DNA from: Pseudomonadota bacterium
GTDB taxonomy: Bacteria > Pseudomonadota > Alphaproteobacteria > Rhizobiales > Xanthobacteraceae
Direction: 5' to 3'
NCBI GenBank assembly: GCA_023387735.1
Contig: JAEWHP010000001.1
Coordinates: forward strand, 12,077-76,076
DNA: 64,000 nt
Translations under genes and position numbers: made by a program
Notes under the pieces: model-generated
Databases searched by the model: none
Seen by the model: only the letters and a program-made list of their open reading frames with translations
What the model was told of the DNA's origin: nothing
Shown: positions 49,064 to 60,031 of the stretch, one piece after another
Position numbering within the stretch: the stretch's first letter is position 1
How the letters are laid out: the number at the start of each line of letters is the position of its first letter

Positions 49064-50287
49064 ATGACTTCGACGAATTCCAGCACCTCGGCCGGCCACG
49101 GCGCGACCGTACCGCATCTCGCGCTCGATCCGTTCTCGATCGAGTTCTTCGACGATCTGTATCCTTCCCAGGAACTGCTGCGTGAGGCCGGGCCACTGGT
49201 CTATCTCGACAAGTGGAATGTCTACGGCGTGGCGCGGCATGCGGAGGTGCACGCCGTCCTGAACGATCCAGCCACGTTCTGTTCGAGTCGTGGCGTCGGC
49301 TTGAGCGACTTCGCCAAGGAGAAACCGTGGCGTCCGCCGAGCATCATCCTCGAGGCGGATCCTCCGGCGCACACCCGCACCCGCGCGGTGCTGAGCCAGG
49401 TGCTGTCGCCGACTGCACTGAAGCAGGTCCGCGACCGGTTCGCGGCTGCGGCTGCCGCAACCGTCGACCGCCTGCTGGAGCAGCGAAGTTTCGACGCCGT
49501 CGCCGATCTTGCGGAAGCCTATCCGCTGGCGATCTTCCCCGATGCGCTCGGGCTGAAGCAGGAGGGGCGCGAGCATCTGCTGCCCTATGCCGGCGTCGTT
49601 TTCAATGCGTTCGGCCCGCCCAACAAGCTGCGGCAGGACGCGATCGAGCGCTCGGCGCCGCACCAGGCCTATGTCGCTGAACAGTGCCAGCGCGAAAACC
49701 TCGCACCCGGCGGGTTCGGCGCCTGCATCCATGCGCGCGTCGATGCCGGCGATATCACCGCGGCCGAGGCGCCGCTGCTGGTACGCTCGCTGCTGTCGGC
49801 CGGGCTCGACACCACGGTCAACGGCATCGGCGCCGCGGTCTATTGCCTGGCGCGCTATCCCGAACAGCTGGCGCGGTTGCGCCAGGACGTCACGTTGGCC
49901 CGCAATGCGTTCGAGGAGGCCGTGCGGTTCGAGAGCCCGGTGCAGACGTTCTTTCGCACCACGACGCGCGAGGTAGAAATCGGCGGCCATCGCATCGGCG
50001 AGGGGGAGAAGGTGCTGATGTTTCTCGGCGCGGCCAACCGCGATCCGCGCCGCTGGGAAAACCCAGACAGCTACGACATCACGCGGCGGACCAGCGGCCA
50101 TGTCGGCTACGGCTCCGGCATTCATATGTGCGTCGGCCAGCTCGTCGCCCGCCTCGAAGGCGAAACCATGCTGGCGGCGCTGGCGCGCAAGGTTGGCAGC
50201 ATCGAGATCACCGGTCCCGTCAAGCGCCGCTACAACAACACGCTGCGCGGGCTTGAGAGCCTTCCCGTGACCATCACGCCGGCCTGA
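49064..50287 (+). CDS. Cytochrome P450, CYP199A-like (para-substituted benzoate oxidase/O-demethylase)
   Basis: KPWRPPSIILEADPP, SLLSAGLDTT, ESPVQTFFRTT and heme motif YGSGIHMCVG. Confidence 0.92.
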   Translation: MTSTNSSTSAGHGATVPHLALDPFSIEFFDDLYPSQELLREAGPLVYLDKWNVYGVARHAEVHAVLNDPATFCSSRGVGLSDFAKEKPWRPPSIILEADPPAHTRTRAVLSQVLSPTALKQVRDRFAAAAAATVDRLLEQRSFDAVADLAEAYPLAIFPDALGLKQEGREHLLPYAGVVFNAFGPPNKLRQDAIERSAPHQAYVAEQCQRENLAPGGFGACIHARVDAGDITAAEAPLLVRSLLSAGLDTTVNGIGAAVYCLARYPEQLARLRQDVTLARNAFEEAVRFESPVQTFFRTTTREVEIGGHRIGEGEKVLMFLGAANRDPRRWENPDSYDITRRTSGHVGYGSGIHMCVGQLVARLEGETMLAALARKVGSIEITGPVKRRYNNTLRGLESLPVTITPA

Positions 50288-50340
50288 CGCCGTCGCTGCA
50301 AGTTAGTTTCTCAAACAAAAAAATCCGAGGGGAGAACGCA

Positions 50341-51567
50341 ATGAAGAGTTTTGGCAATCATCTGGCGCTGGCGCTATCAGGCGTCTTGTCATTGGCTGGC
50401 GCGAACGCGGCGCAAGCGCAAGTCTCCGACAACGTCGTCCGGGTCGGCGTGCTCAACGACATCTCCGGAATCTTCCAGGACACCAACGGCATGGGTTCGG
50501 TCGAGGCTGCGCGCATGGCGGCGGAGGATTTCAACGGCGGAGGCAACAACATCAAGGTCGAGATCGTCTATGCCGATCATCAGAACAAGGCCGACGTCGG
50601 ACAGGCGATCGCGCGCAAATGGCTCGACGTCGAAGGCGTCGATGCCATCGTCGACGTGCCGAACTCGGCCGTGGGCCTTTCCATCAATGCGCTGCTGCGG
50701 GATTCGCGGATGACGTTCCTGGCGTCGTCCACCGCGAGTTCCGATCTCACCGGCAAGGCCTGTTCGCCCAATACCATCCAGTGGGTCAACGACGCCTGGG
50801 CCACCGGCAATACGACGGCGGCGGCGATGATGGCGCGCGGCGGCAAGGACTGGTACTTCATCACGGTCGACTACGCGCTCGGCAAGGGCATCGAGGCTGA
50901 AGCCACCAACTACATCGAGAAGCACGGCGGCAAGGTGCTGGGTTCGAGCAAGCATCCGCTCGGCACCTCCGACTTCGCCTCGTTCCTGCTGCAGGCGCAG
51001 AACTCGAAGGCCAAGGTGATCGGGCTCGCCAACGCCGGCGGCGACACCATCAACGCGGTCAAGCAGGCCAACGAGTTCGGCATCCAGCAGAGCGGCCAGA
51101 CCATGGTGGCGTTCCTGCTGTTCGTCAACGACATCCACGGCATGGGGCTGAAGGTGGCCCAGGGCCTGCAGCTGCTCGAAGCCTTCTATTGGGACATGGA
51201 CGACGACACCCGCGCGTTTGCCAAGCGCTTTGCGGCGCGGCCCGGCATGAACGGCAAGATGCCGAGCGGAAACCAGGCCGGCGTCTACGCCTCCACGCTC
51301 GCTTACCTCAACGCCGTGGCGGCAACGGGCAGCGACCATGCCAGGGACGTCGTGCCGCAGATGAAGAAGTTCAAAGGCAAGGACAAGCTGTTCGGCGACG
51401 TCACCATCCGCCAGGACGGCCGCGTCATTCACCCGATGTATCTGTTCGAGGTGAAGAAGCCGGACGAGTCGAAATATCCCTACGATTATTACCGGCTCAT
51501 TTCGACCATCCCGGCCGACCAGGCATTCCGACCGATCGCGGACGGCGGTTGCTCGCTGGTGAAGTAG
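50341..51567 (+). CDS. HAAT-family substrate-binding protein (probably aromatic acids)
   Basis: ADHQNKAD, DVPNSAV, TSDFASFLLQAQ and IRQDGRV motifs. Confidence 0.88.
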   Translation: MKSFGNHLALALSGVLSLAGANAAQAQVSDNVVRVGVLNDISGIFQDTNGMGSVEAARMAAEDFNGGGNNIKVEIVYADHQNKADVGQAIARKWLDVEGVDAIVDVPNSAVGLSINALLRDSRMTFLASSTASSDLTGKACSPNTIQWVNDAWATGNTTAAAMMARGGKDWYFITVDYALGKGIEAEATNYIEKHGGKVLGSSKHPLGTSDFASFLLQAQNSKAKVIGLANAGGDTINAVKQANEFGIQQSGQTMVAFLLFVNDIHGMGLKVAQGLQLLEAFYWDMDDDTRAFAKRFAARPGMNGKMPSGNQAGVYASTLAYLNAVAATGSDHARDVVPQMKKFKGKDKLFGDVTIRQDGRVIHPMYLFEVKKPDESKYPYDYYRLISTIPADQAFRPIADGGCSLVK

Positions 51568-51574
51568 GCCGATC

Positions 51575-51692
51575 CCTCATGGTGAGGAGCCGCGAAGCGG
51601 CGTCTCTGGACGATGCTGCGCATCGCCAGGAGAACCATGAGGCCCGCGGCCCATCCTTCGAGACGGCGCTTTCGCGCCTCCTCAGGATGAGG
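51575..51692. repeat. REP-like doublet (CTCATGGTGAGGAG...CTCCTCAGGATGAG family) with a nested hairpin
   Basis: Inverted arms; extra 25 nt at 51607-51631. Confidence 0.85.
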
Positions 51693-51716
51693 TTGCGTGC
51701 TTGGCGGCCGAGCTGC

Positions 51717-53396
51717 TCACGGATCGCAGGTAAAACTTTCCGCCTTGTTGACCGGCAGTCCGGCCTTGTGGCGCGGCCATTGGGGCCACTGGCACAGCGG
51801 CAGCGAGCGGATCGTCTCGAAGGCCGGCGCTTCGACCTTCTGCTCGATCACCTCGAGATCGCCGGGTGCCTTGCCGTGCTCGACCCAGTCGACGAGCACG
51901 GCCAGCATGTCGACGTTGGCGGGCGCGCCGGAGCCGACGTGATCGACGCCGGGCGCGGTGTAGAGCCGGGCGAACTCCGCGGTCTTTTCCTTGCCCATCG
52001 TGCGCTGGACGTTCTCGAAATAGCGGATTCCTGCGTATGGGCTTTGCGCATAGTCGGCCATGTGCTCGAGGATGACGAGCTTGCCGCCGCGTGCGCTGAA
52101 TCGGCTGAGGTCGGGGTTGGTCGAATCCATCAGCTTCGAGACGTAAAGCAGGCGCTCCTTGTAATCTTCCGGCCTGTACTTGCTGACGTCGAGCTGCGGG
52201 TCGCGCGCGAACACGTATTGAATGCCGCCCGCGCCGTAGATCCAGGCGATGCCGTTGGTCGGCGATGGCGGCAGCGTCGGCGCCGCCTTGCCGAGCCACC
52301 AGGCGTTCCAGCCGCCGGTCGGGCCGAAAGGCGGGATGTTTTCGCCCGACACGCCCCAGCCCGGATAATCATCGAGCCCGTTCTCCAGTGCGAACGGAAA
52401 CTTGTAGGTCGCATGCAGCGTCCTGATCGCGTTGATCTGCGCATCGCTCAGGCACGCATCGCCGCTCTGGCCGGCCGCGCAGCGCAGCGTCTCCGGCTGA
52501 AATTTCGCCTTGCAACCGACGGGATCCTGAATCAGTTGATCGTCCGACCCATCGGCCTTGTCGCATGCCTGCAGCACCGCGTTCGCAACGAGTTCGACCT
52601 GCGCGGGGCGGATCCAGCCTTCGCCCATCGTCGCCAGCCCGGCGCGCGTTCCCGCATGCTGGAGGCCAACCCAGTTGATCACGGGGACGCGTGCGAAAAT
52701 GCCGTCGAAATCGTCCGGGTATCGTTGCGCCATCGTCAGGCCCTCGCGGCCGCCTTCGGACGAACCCATGAAATACAGTTTGGCCGGCGGGTTGCCGTAG
52801 GCGCGTATCATCAAGGCGACGGCAGCATCGCGCACGCGCTTGTAGGACCGGTGGGCGAAATTCTCGAAGGCTTCGTCGTTGAGCGCGAACAGTTGCGGTG
52901 GTTCGCCCGGCTTGGTCTCGTGGCCGGAATCGGTGCCGTAGGTGACAAAGCCCCGCGCCAGCGGCGACGTGGTGTCGAACGGAAAGGCCGGCGGCAGCGC
53001 AAGTCCAGTGATCAGCACACCGTTGAAGCCGCCGCCGCCATACTGCAGCGAACGGCCGTTCCACTCGATCGGCAGGTTGACCTGGAACTTGATCGGCGGA
53101 GCCTTGGGATCGGACGGTGCGATCTGGCCGAGCACCCTGCAGAATTGCGGATTGGCCGGGGTGATGCGCGCTGCCGGCGTCGGCCCTTTTTCGGCAATGG
53201 TGCGCGGTGTCGGCCCGACCATGGTGGCGGAATCGATCCGGACCACATTGTCGGCCGGTCGGATGAGGTCGCCGCAGGTTACGGCCGGATCGCCGGCCAT
53301 CTTGGCGGCCATCGCGTCGGTGGAACAGAGTGAGGCTGCTGCGACCAGCAAGGCCAGTTGAGCCGATGCGCGCGCCTTGATCCCGAGCCCCTGCAT
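51717..53396 (-). CDS. Tannase/feruloyl esterase-family hydrolase, secreted
   Basis: WNGRSLQYGGGGFNG, TDSGH, GSSEGGREG and PGVDH motifs; GGGAGG RBS. Confidence 0.9.
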   Translation of the reverse strand: MQGLGIKARASAQLALLVAAASLCSTDAMAAKMAGDPAVTCGDLIRPADNVVRIDSATMVGPTPRTIAEKGPTPAARITPANPQFCRVLGQIAPSDPKAPPIKFQVNLPIEWNGRSLQYGGGGFNGVLITGLALPPAFPFDTTSPLARGFVTYGTDSGHETKPGEPPQLFALNDEAFENFAHRSYKRVRDAAVALMIRAYGNPPAKLYFMGSSEGGREGLTMAQRYPDDFDGIFARVPVINWVGLQHAGTRAGLATMGEGWIRPAQVELVANAVLQACDKADGSDDQLIQDPVGCKAKFQPETLRCAAGQSGDACLSDAQINAIRTLHATYKFPFALENGLDDYPGWGVSGENIPPFGPTGGWNAWWLGKAAPTLPPSPTNGIAWIYGAGGIQYVFARDPQLDVSKYRPEDYKERLLYVSKLMDSTNPDLSRFSARGGKLVILEHMADYAQSPYAGIRYFENVQRTMGKEKTAEFARLYTAPGVDHVGSGAPANVDMLAVLVDWVEHGKAPGDLEVIEQKVEAPAFETIRSLPLCQWPQWPRHKAGLPVNKAESFTCDP

Positions 53397-53519
53397 CGTC
53401 ACCTCCCGCCACAGCTGCATCCGCGTTTGTTCTCGCGGCTGCGCTACAATGGCCGGGCCGCTGCGGACGTCAACCGAAACGAGCGTAACCGCTTCGTGAT
53501 GTGGCTGGTCAGGCAGAAC

Positions 53520-54794
53520 CTAACCCGAGACCTTGCTCGAGCCCTGCGTGATCAGCCGCGCGGCGCGCTGGTCGCGGGCGTGGATCCAGAGCCAGCTCAG
53601 CGCCACGCTGAGGCGGTTGCGCAGGCCGATCAGGAAGTAGATGTGGGCGAGGCCCCAGATCCACCAGGCAAGATTGCCGCGCAGCTTCATCCAGCCGAAA
53701 TCGATCACCGCCTTTCTCTTCCCGATCTGGGCGAGGCTGCCGGCGTGTTTGTAGCGGAACGGCGGCAGCGTGCTGCCGTTGAGGCGCGCCTTGATGAGGG
53801 CGGCGACGTAACGCCCTTGCTGCTTGGCCGCGGGCGCGATGCCTGGCACCGGATTGCCGTCGGGGCCGGCGATGGTCACGGTATCGCCGATCGCGAACAC
53901 GTCGGGATGGCCGGGCACGGTGAGATCAGGCTCGACTTTCAGACGGTAGGCGCGGTCGGCCGGCGCGCTCATCCATTCCGCCGCGCGCGAGGCACGCACG
54001 CCGGCGGCCCAGACAATGGTCCTGGCTTCGAGCTTTTTGCCGCCATAGACGACGCCATCGGCCGCACACTCGGTGACAGGCTGCCCCAGCACCACCTCGA
54101 CGCCGATATCTTCCAGCGAGCGCTGTGCATAGGCGGAGAGATCCTCGGGGAATCCAGCGAGCACGCGCGGGCCGGCCTCAACCAGCACGACGCGGGTCTT
54201 GTGGGTGTCGATGTTGCGAAAATCCGGCGGCAGCGTGTCCTTGGCGAGATCGGCGATGGTCCCGGCCATTTCGACCCCGGTCGGGCCGGCGCCGATGATG
54301 ACGAAGGTCAAGAGCGCGGCGCGCTTCGCCGGATCGGTCTCGCGCTCGGCGCGCTCGAAGGCGACGAGGATGCGCCGCCGCAGCGTAGTGGCATCTTCCA
54401 GTGTCTTCAGGCCTGGCGCGAACGGCTCCCATTCGTCGTGGCCGAAATAGGCGTGGCGCGCGCCGGTCGCCAGCACCAGCGTGTCATAGGGCAGGGCGTC
54501 GCCGTCATCGAGCAGCACGCGCTTCTCTGCCGCGTCGACGCCGTTCACGTTGGCAAACAGCGTCGTCACCTCGCGGCGTCCGCGCAACAAATAGCGGATT
54601 GGCCAGGCAATCTCCGACGTCGCGAGCGAAGCCGTCGCGACCTGATAGAGCAGCGGCTGGAACAGATGGTGGTTGCGGCGATCCACCAGCGTGATCTCGA
54701 CCGGTGCGCCGGCCAGGCCGAAGGCGGTTTCGAGTCCGCCGAAACCGGCGCCGACGATGACAACGCGGTGCGGCTGTTTCGGCGCTGTCGTCAT
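53520..54794 (-). CDS. ndh: Type II NADH dehydrogenase
   Basis: GAGFGG, NHHLFQPLLYQVAT, GAGPTGVEMAG and APAAKQQG motifs. Confidence 0.9.
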   Translation of the reverse strand: MTTAPKQPHRVVIVGAGFGGLETAFGLAGAPVEITLVDRRNHHLFQPLLYQVATASLATSEIAWPIRYLLRGRREVTTLFANVNGVDAAEKRVLLDDGDALPYDTLVLATGARHAYFGHDEWEPFAPGLKTLEDATTLRRRILVAFERAERETDPAKRAALLTFVIIGAGPTGVEMAGTIADLAKDTLPPDFRNIDTHKTRVVLVEAGPRVLAGFPEDLSAYAQRSLEDIGVEVVLGQPVTECAADGVVYGGKKLEARTIVWAAGVRASRAAEWMSAPADRAYRLKVEPDLTVPGHPDVFAIGDTVTIAGPDGNPVPGIAPAAKQQGRYVAALIKARLNGSTLPPFRYKHAGSLAQIGKRKAVIDFGWMKLRGNLAWWIWGLAHIYFLIGLRNRLSVALSWLWIHARDQRAARLITQGSSKVSG

Positions 54795-54967
54795 GGTCGT
54801 GGCCCCGGTTCGATGTCTGCGGCTCTCCGATTATGTAATCATTCGGCGCTACGGTCCAAACGTGCTTACCGATCGGTTCGATAGCGAACACGCATTGCCT
54901 ATTCGCGCAAAGGACGTCCCAGCCGTGCTCGAACGGACGTCCTGGGGCGCCGGCAAGTGCGACAATC

Positions 54968-54981
54968 GTTGCCTACGCAAC
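54968..54981. promoter_or_regulatory. Second GTTGC-N4-GCAAC palindrome upstream of the ABC operon
   Basis: GTTGCCTACGCAAC, followed by TATAAT at 54988. Confidence 0.45.
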
Positions 54982-55196
54982 CGGCATTATAATTCTTGCC
55001 ATGGTCGCGGTCTGCGAATTATGGTGCAGGCCGCTGGGAGTATGGGCCGAAGGTTCTAACCGGGGCCGTGGGTTCATGCTTGCCGCTGCCCGGCCATTTC
55101 GCGCACAAAACACCTCACCTGATAAGAGGCGCGCGGAACAGGCGCGGCCCGTCGCGAAGCGGCGGGCGTGGTTCGATAACGAGGAGGGGAGTGATC

Positions 55197-56369
55197 ATGA
55201 AGAAGGCATTCTGGCTGGCGAGCGCAACGGTTCTGGCGCTGGCGCAGCCCGCGTCCGCTGGCGACACCATCAAAATCGGCTTTGTCTCGACCTTCAGCGG
55301 CCCGACCGCTGTGATCGGCAATGATATGCGCAACTCGTTCGAACTGGCGCTCGACCATCTGGGCCGCAAGATGGGCGGCAAGCCGGTCGAGGTGATCTAC
55401 GAGGACGACGGCCAGAAGCCCGACGTCGGCAAGCAGAAGACCGAAAAGCTGATCCAGTCCGACAAGGTCGATTTCATCGCCGGATACATCTGGTCGAATG
55501 TGCTGCTGGCCTCGCTGAAGACCGCGGTCGACGCCAAGACCTTCCTGATCTCGGCCAATGCCGGTCCGTCGCAACTCGCCGGCGAACTATGCTCACCCTA
55601 CGTGTTCTCGACCTCCTGGCAGAACGACCAGACCCCGCAGGCGGTCGGCACCTACATGAACCAGAAGGGCGTCAAGTCGGTGTTCCTGATCGGCCCGAAC
55701 TATGCGGCCGGCAAGGACATGCTGGCCGGCGTCAAGAGCACGTTCAAGGGCGAGGTGGTCGGCGAGGAATACACGGTGTGGCCGAGCCAGCTCGATTTCT
55801 CCGCCGAGCTGACCAAGGCCAAGAACTCCAAGGCCGAGTCGATCTTCGTGTTCTATCCGGGTGCGGCCGGCGTGCAGTTCCTCAACCAGTATGCGCAGGC
55901 CGGCATCAAGGCGCAGATCCCGCTCTATACGGCCTTCACCATCGACGAATTGTCGCTGCCGCTGCAGAAGGAAAACGCGCTCGGCGTTCCCGGCGCCCAG
56001 CAGTGGGTCAACGACCTGCCGTTCCCGGAGAACAAGAAGTTCGTCGAGGACTATCGCAAGAAGTACACCGGCCTGCGCCCGACCTTCTACGGCGCGCAGT
56101 CCTATGACGCCGCGCAGCTCATCAACAGCGCGGTGGTCGCGGTCAAGGGCGACACGTCGAAGAAGGACGAGATGCGGGCCGAGATGAAGAAGGTCAACTT
56201 CAAGTCGGTGCGCGGTCCGTTCAAGTACGGCAACAACCAGATCCCGATCCAGAATTTCTACCTGCAGGACGTGGTCAAGGACGCCGACGGCCAGCTCTCG
56301 CTCAAGACGGTGGCCACCATCGTCAAGGACGACCAGGACCGCTTCGCCCAGAAGTGCCCGATGAAGTGA
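55197..56369 (+). CDS. HAAT-family ABC substrate-binding protein
   Basis: GGAGGGGAG RBS; YEDDGQKPD, ISANAGPS and PNYAAGKD motifs. Confidence 0.92.
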   Translation: MKKAFWLASATVLALAQPASAGDTIKIGFVSTFSGPTAVIGNDMRNSFELALDHLGRKMGGKPVEVIYEDDGQKPDVGKQKTEKLIQSDKVDFIAGYIWSNVLLASLKTAVDAKTFLISANAGPSQLAGELCSPYVFSTSWQNDQTPQAVGTYMNQKGVKSVFLIGPNYAAGKDMLAGVKSTFKGEVVGEEYTVWPSQLDFSAELTKAKNSKAESIFVFYPGAAGVQFLNQYAQAGIKAQIPLYTAFTIDELSLPLQKENALGVPGAQQWVNDLPFPENKKFVEDYRKKYTGLRPTFYGAQSYDAAQLINSAVVAVKGDTSKKDEMRAEMKKVNFKSVRGPFKYGNNQIPIQNFYLQDVVKDADGQLSLKTVATIVKDDQDRFAQKCPMK

Positions 56370-56385
56370 TGTTGGCATGACCGGT

Positions 56386-56446
56386 GCATGATCTCGCGCA
56401 ACTCTGCCCTCGGGCTTGACCCGGGGGCAGTTTGCGACAGATCATC
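56386..56446. repeat. GCATGATC-family palindrome carrying a CTCGGGCTTGACCCGGG hairpin
   Basis: ATGATCT/AGATCAT arms around CTGCCCTCGGG-CTTGA-CCCGGGGGCAG; positioned like an mRNA-stabilising stem after the binding-protein gene. Confidence 0.6.
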
Positions 56447-56522
56447 CGCCCAACAAGAAAATGGCGGCGGCGCAGATGTGCTGCCGCTGTTTTGTTAGGT
56501 ACAGAGAGTATTCCAGGGGGCC

Positions 56523-57440
56523 ATGCTCGTCCTTATCGAACAATCGCTGAACGGCCTGCAGTTCGGCCTGTTGCTGTTCTTGCTGGCGGCCGGCCTGACG
56601 CTGGTGTTCGGCATCATGGACTTCGTCAACCTGGCGCACGGCTCGCTTTACATGATGGGGGCCTATTTCGCCGCCACCTTCGTGGCGTGGACGGGCAGCT
56701 TCCTGCTCGGCATCCTGCTCGCTCTGGGCGCGACGCTGCTGTTGGGCATCGTGCTCGAATTCGTCGCGCTGCGGCATCTCTACGGGCGGGACCATCTCGA
56801 CCAGGTGCTGGCGACCTTCGGACTTATTTTGTTTTTCAACGACGCGGTGCGGCTGATCTGGGGTCCGGCCGGTCTCGCGCTGCCGCTGCCGGCCTGGTTG
56901 ACGGTGCCGGTGCAGATCCTTCCCGGCGTGTTCTATCCGGCCTACCGGTTGTCGATCATCGTGGTCGCGCTCGCGGTCGCCGCGCTGTTGTATATCGTCG
57001 TGATGCGGACCCGCGTCGGCATGCTGATCCGCGCCGGCGCCTCGAACCGCGAAATGATCGGCGCGCTCGGCATCAACATCAAGTTGCTGTTCACGCTGGT
57101 GTTCGGCCTTGGCGCCGCGCTCGCCGGCCTTGCCGGGCTGATGCAGGCGCCGATCCTCACGGTGCAGATCGGCATGGGTGAGAACATTCTCATTCTCGCC
57201 TTCGTCATCATTGTCATCGGCGGCATCGGCTCGATCCGCGGCGCGTTCCTGGCCGCGATCTTCGTCGGCATGATCGATACGCTCGGCCGCGCCTTCCTGC
57301 CTGATCTCTTGCGCACCGTGCTGAGTTCCGCCGCCGCCTCGACCGCGGCGCCTGCGCTGTCGTCGATGCTGATCTACCTGCTGATGGCGATCGTGCTGGT
57401 GCTGCGTCCGGAGGGGCTGTTTCCGGCCGCCAAGCGATGA
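56523..57440 (+). CDS. HAAT ABC permease (LivH type)
   Basis: GLTLVFGIMDFVNLAHG and GGIGSIRG motifs. Confidence 0.92.
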   Translation: MLVLIEQSLNGLQFGLLLFLLAAGLTLVFGIMDFVNLAHGSLYMMGAYFAATFVAWTGSFLLGILLALGATLLLGIVLEFVALRHLYGRDHLDQVLATFGLILFFNDAVRLIWGPAGLALPLPAWLTVPVQILPGVFYPAYRLSIIVVALAVAALLYIVVMRTRVGMLIRAGASNREMIGALGINIKLLFTLVFGLGAALAGLAGLMQAPILTVQIGMGENILILAFVIIVIGGIGSIRGAFLAAIFVGMIDTLGRAFLPDLLRTVLSSAAASTAAPALSSMLIYLLMAIVLVLRPEGLFPAAKR

Positions 57441-58376
57441 AGTTTCAGTTCAACGTCCGCAATGTCGTCGTGGCGCTCACCGCGCTCGGCCTGCTGTTGC
57501 TGCCGCTCTATTCGCACCTCACGGGCAACATCTTCATCCTGACGCTGTTCACCCGCATCGTCATCTTCGCGCTCGCCGCCGCCAGCCTCAACCTCATCAT
57601 GGGCTATGGCGGCATGATGAGTTTCGGCCATGCCGCCTATCTCGGCATCGGCGGCTATGCCGTCGGCATCCTCGCCTTTGAAGGCACAGGCTCCGGCTTC
57701 ATCCAGTGGCCGGTGGCGCTGGCGGCGTCGGCGCTGTATGCGCTTGTCATCGGCGCGCTGTCGCTCCGCACCCGCGGCGTCTATTTTATCATGATCACGC
57801 TCGCCTTTGCCCAGATGGCCTATTACATCGCCTCCGGCATGTCGCGCTATGGCGGCGACGACGGTCTCACCATCTACAAGCGCAGTACTTTCGGCGGCGT
57901 GATCGACCTGTCGAACCGCGTGCAGTTCTACTACCTCTGCCTTGCCTGCCTGTTCGGCGGCATCTACCTGATCTGGCGCATCATCAACTCGCGCTTCGGC
58001 ATGGTGGTGCAGGGCGTTCGTTCCAACGAGCAGCGCATGCAGGCGATCGGCTATCATGCCAACCGCTATCGCCTGGTCTGCTTCGTCATCTCGGGCACGA
58101 TCTGCGGTCTCGCCGGTGCGCTGCTGGCCAACAATACCGATTTCATCAGCCCGGCCACGATGTACTGGACCCGCTCCGGCGAACTCATGGTGATGGTCGT
58201 GTTCGGCGGCATGGGCTCCTTGTTCGGACCGGTGCTCGGCACCATCATATTCCTGCTGCTGGAGGAACTGCTGTCGCAGTTCACCGAATACTGGGCGCTG
58301 ATCATGGGCCCGCTGTTGCTGCTGATCGTGCTGTTCGCGCGCGGCGGTATCATGGGTTTGCTCGGGAGGTTGAGTC

Positions 58377-58384
<8 letters not shown>
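57437..58384 (+). CDS. HAAT ABC permease (LivM type)
   Basis: GYGGMMSFGHAAY and GVYFIMITLAFAQ motifs. Confidence 0.92.
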
Positions 58385-59136
<752 letters not shown>

Positions 59137-59144
<8 letters not shown>

Positions 59145-59865
59145 AAGCAAAACGGCTGACACGCTGCTCGAAGTCGACGGCATCGAAACCTGCTACGGCC
59201 TCAGCCAGGTGCTGTTCGGCCTGTCGCTCTCGGTGCGCGCAGGCGAGATGGTCGCGCTGATGGGCCGCAACGGTATGGGCAAGACCACCACCATCCGCTC
59301 CATCATGGGCATGACGCCGGCCAGAACCGGTACTATCCGCTTCGCCGGCGAGAAGGTGCGCAGTCTGCCGTCCTACAAAATTGCAAAGCTGGGCATCGGT
59401 CTGGTGCCGGAAGGCCGCCAGATCTTTCCGAACCTGACGGTGTACGAGAATCTCGTCGCCGCCTCCGGCAACCGCGCCGGCAATTCCGATCCCTGGACCA
59501 TCGACAAAATCCACGCGCTGTTCCCGCGGCTCGCCGAGCGCAGCAGCAACATGGGTGCCACCCTGTCCGGCGGCGAGCAGCAGATGCTGGCAATCGGCCG
59601 TGCGCTGATGACCAATCCGAAACTGCTGGTCCTCGACGAAGCCACCGAAGGCCTCGCGCCGCTGATCCGCGAGGAAATCTGGAATTGTTTGTCGATGCTG
59701 AAAGGTCGCGGGCAATCGGTGCTCGTCATCGACAAGAACGTCGCCAATCTCGCCAGGATCGCCGACCGCCACTACATCATCGAACGCGGGAAGACGGTGT
59801 GGACGGGGACGAGCGAGCAACTGGTCGCCGAGCCGGACCTGCAGCATAGGTATCTGGGGATTTGA
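59137..59865 (+). CDS. HAAT ABC ATPase (LivF type)
   Basis: GRNGMGKTT, VPEGRQIF and LSGGEQQMLAIGRAL motifs. Confidence 0.92.
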
Positions 59866-60031
59866 TATCGATTGCGGTCAGTCGATGAACTGGTCGATCT
59901 GACGATCGCGGCTTCCGGGGGGCATCTCAAGCGACCGCACAGTGTTTAATTGAATGGCATCAAGGCCGGTTTGGGTCGATTGTACGGGATTGTACGGCTC
60001 GAAACTTCACCCCGAGTGATGGAGGCTATCG

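Noticed and set aside
51189..54884. 714-aa and 508-aa plus-strand ORFs
   Set aside because: Antisense to the tannase and ndh genes; composition is typical of shadow frames.
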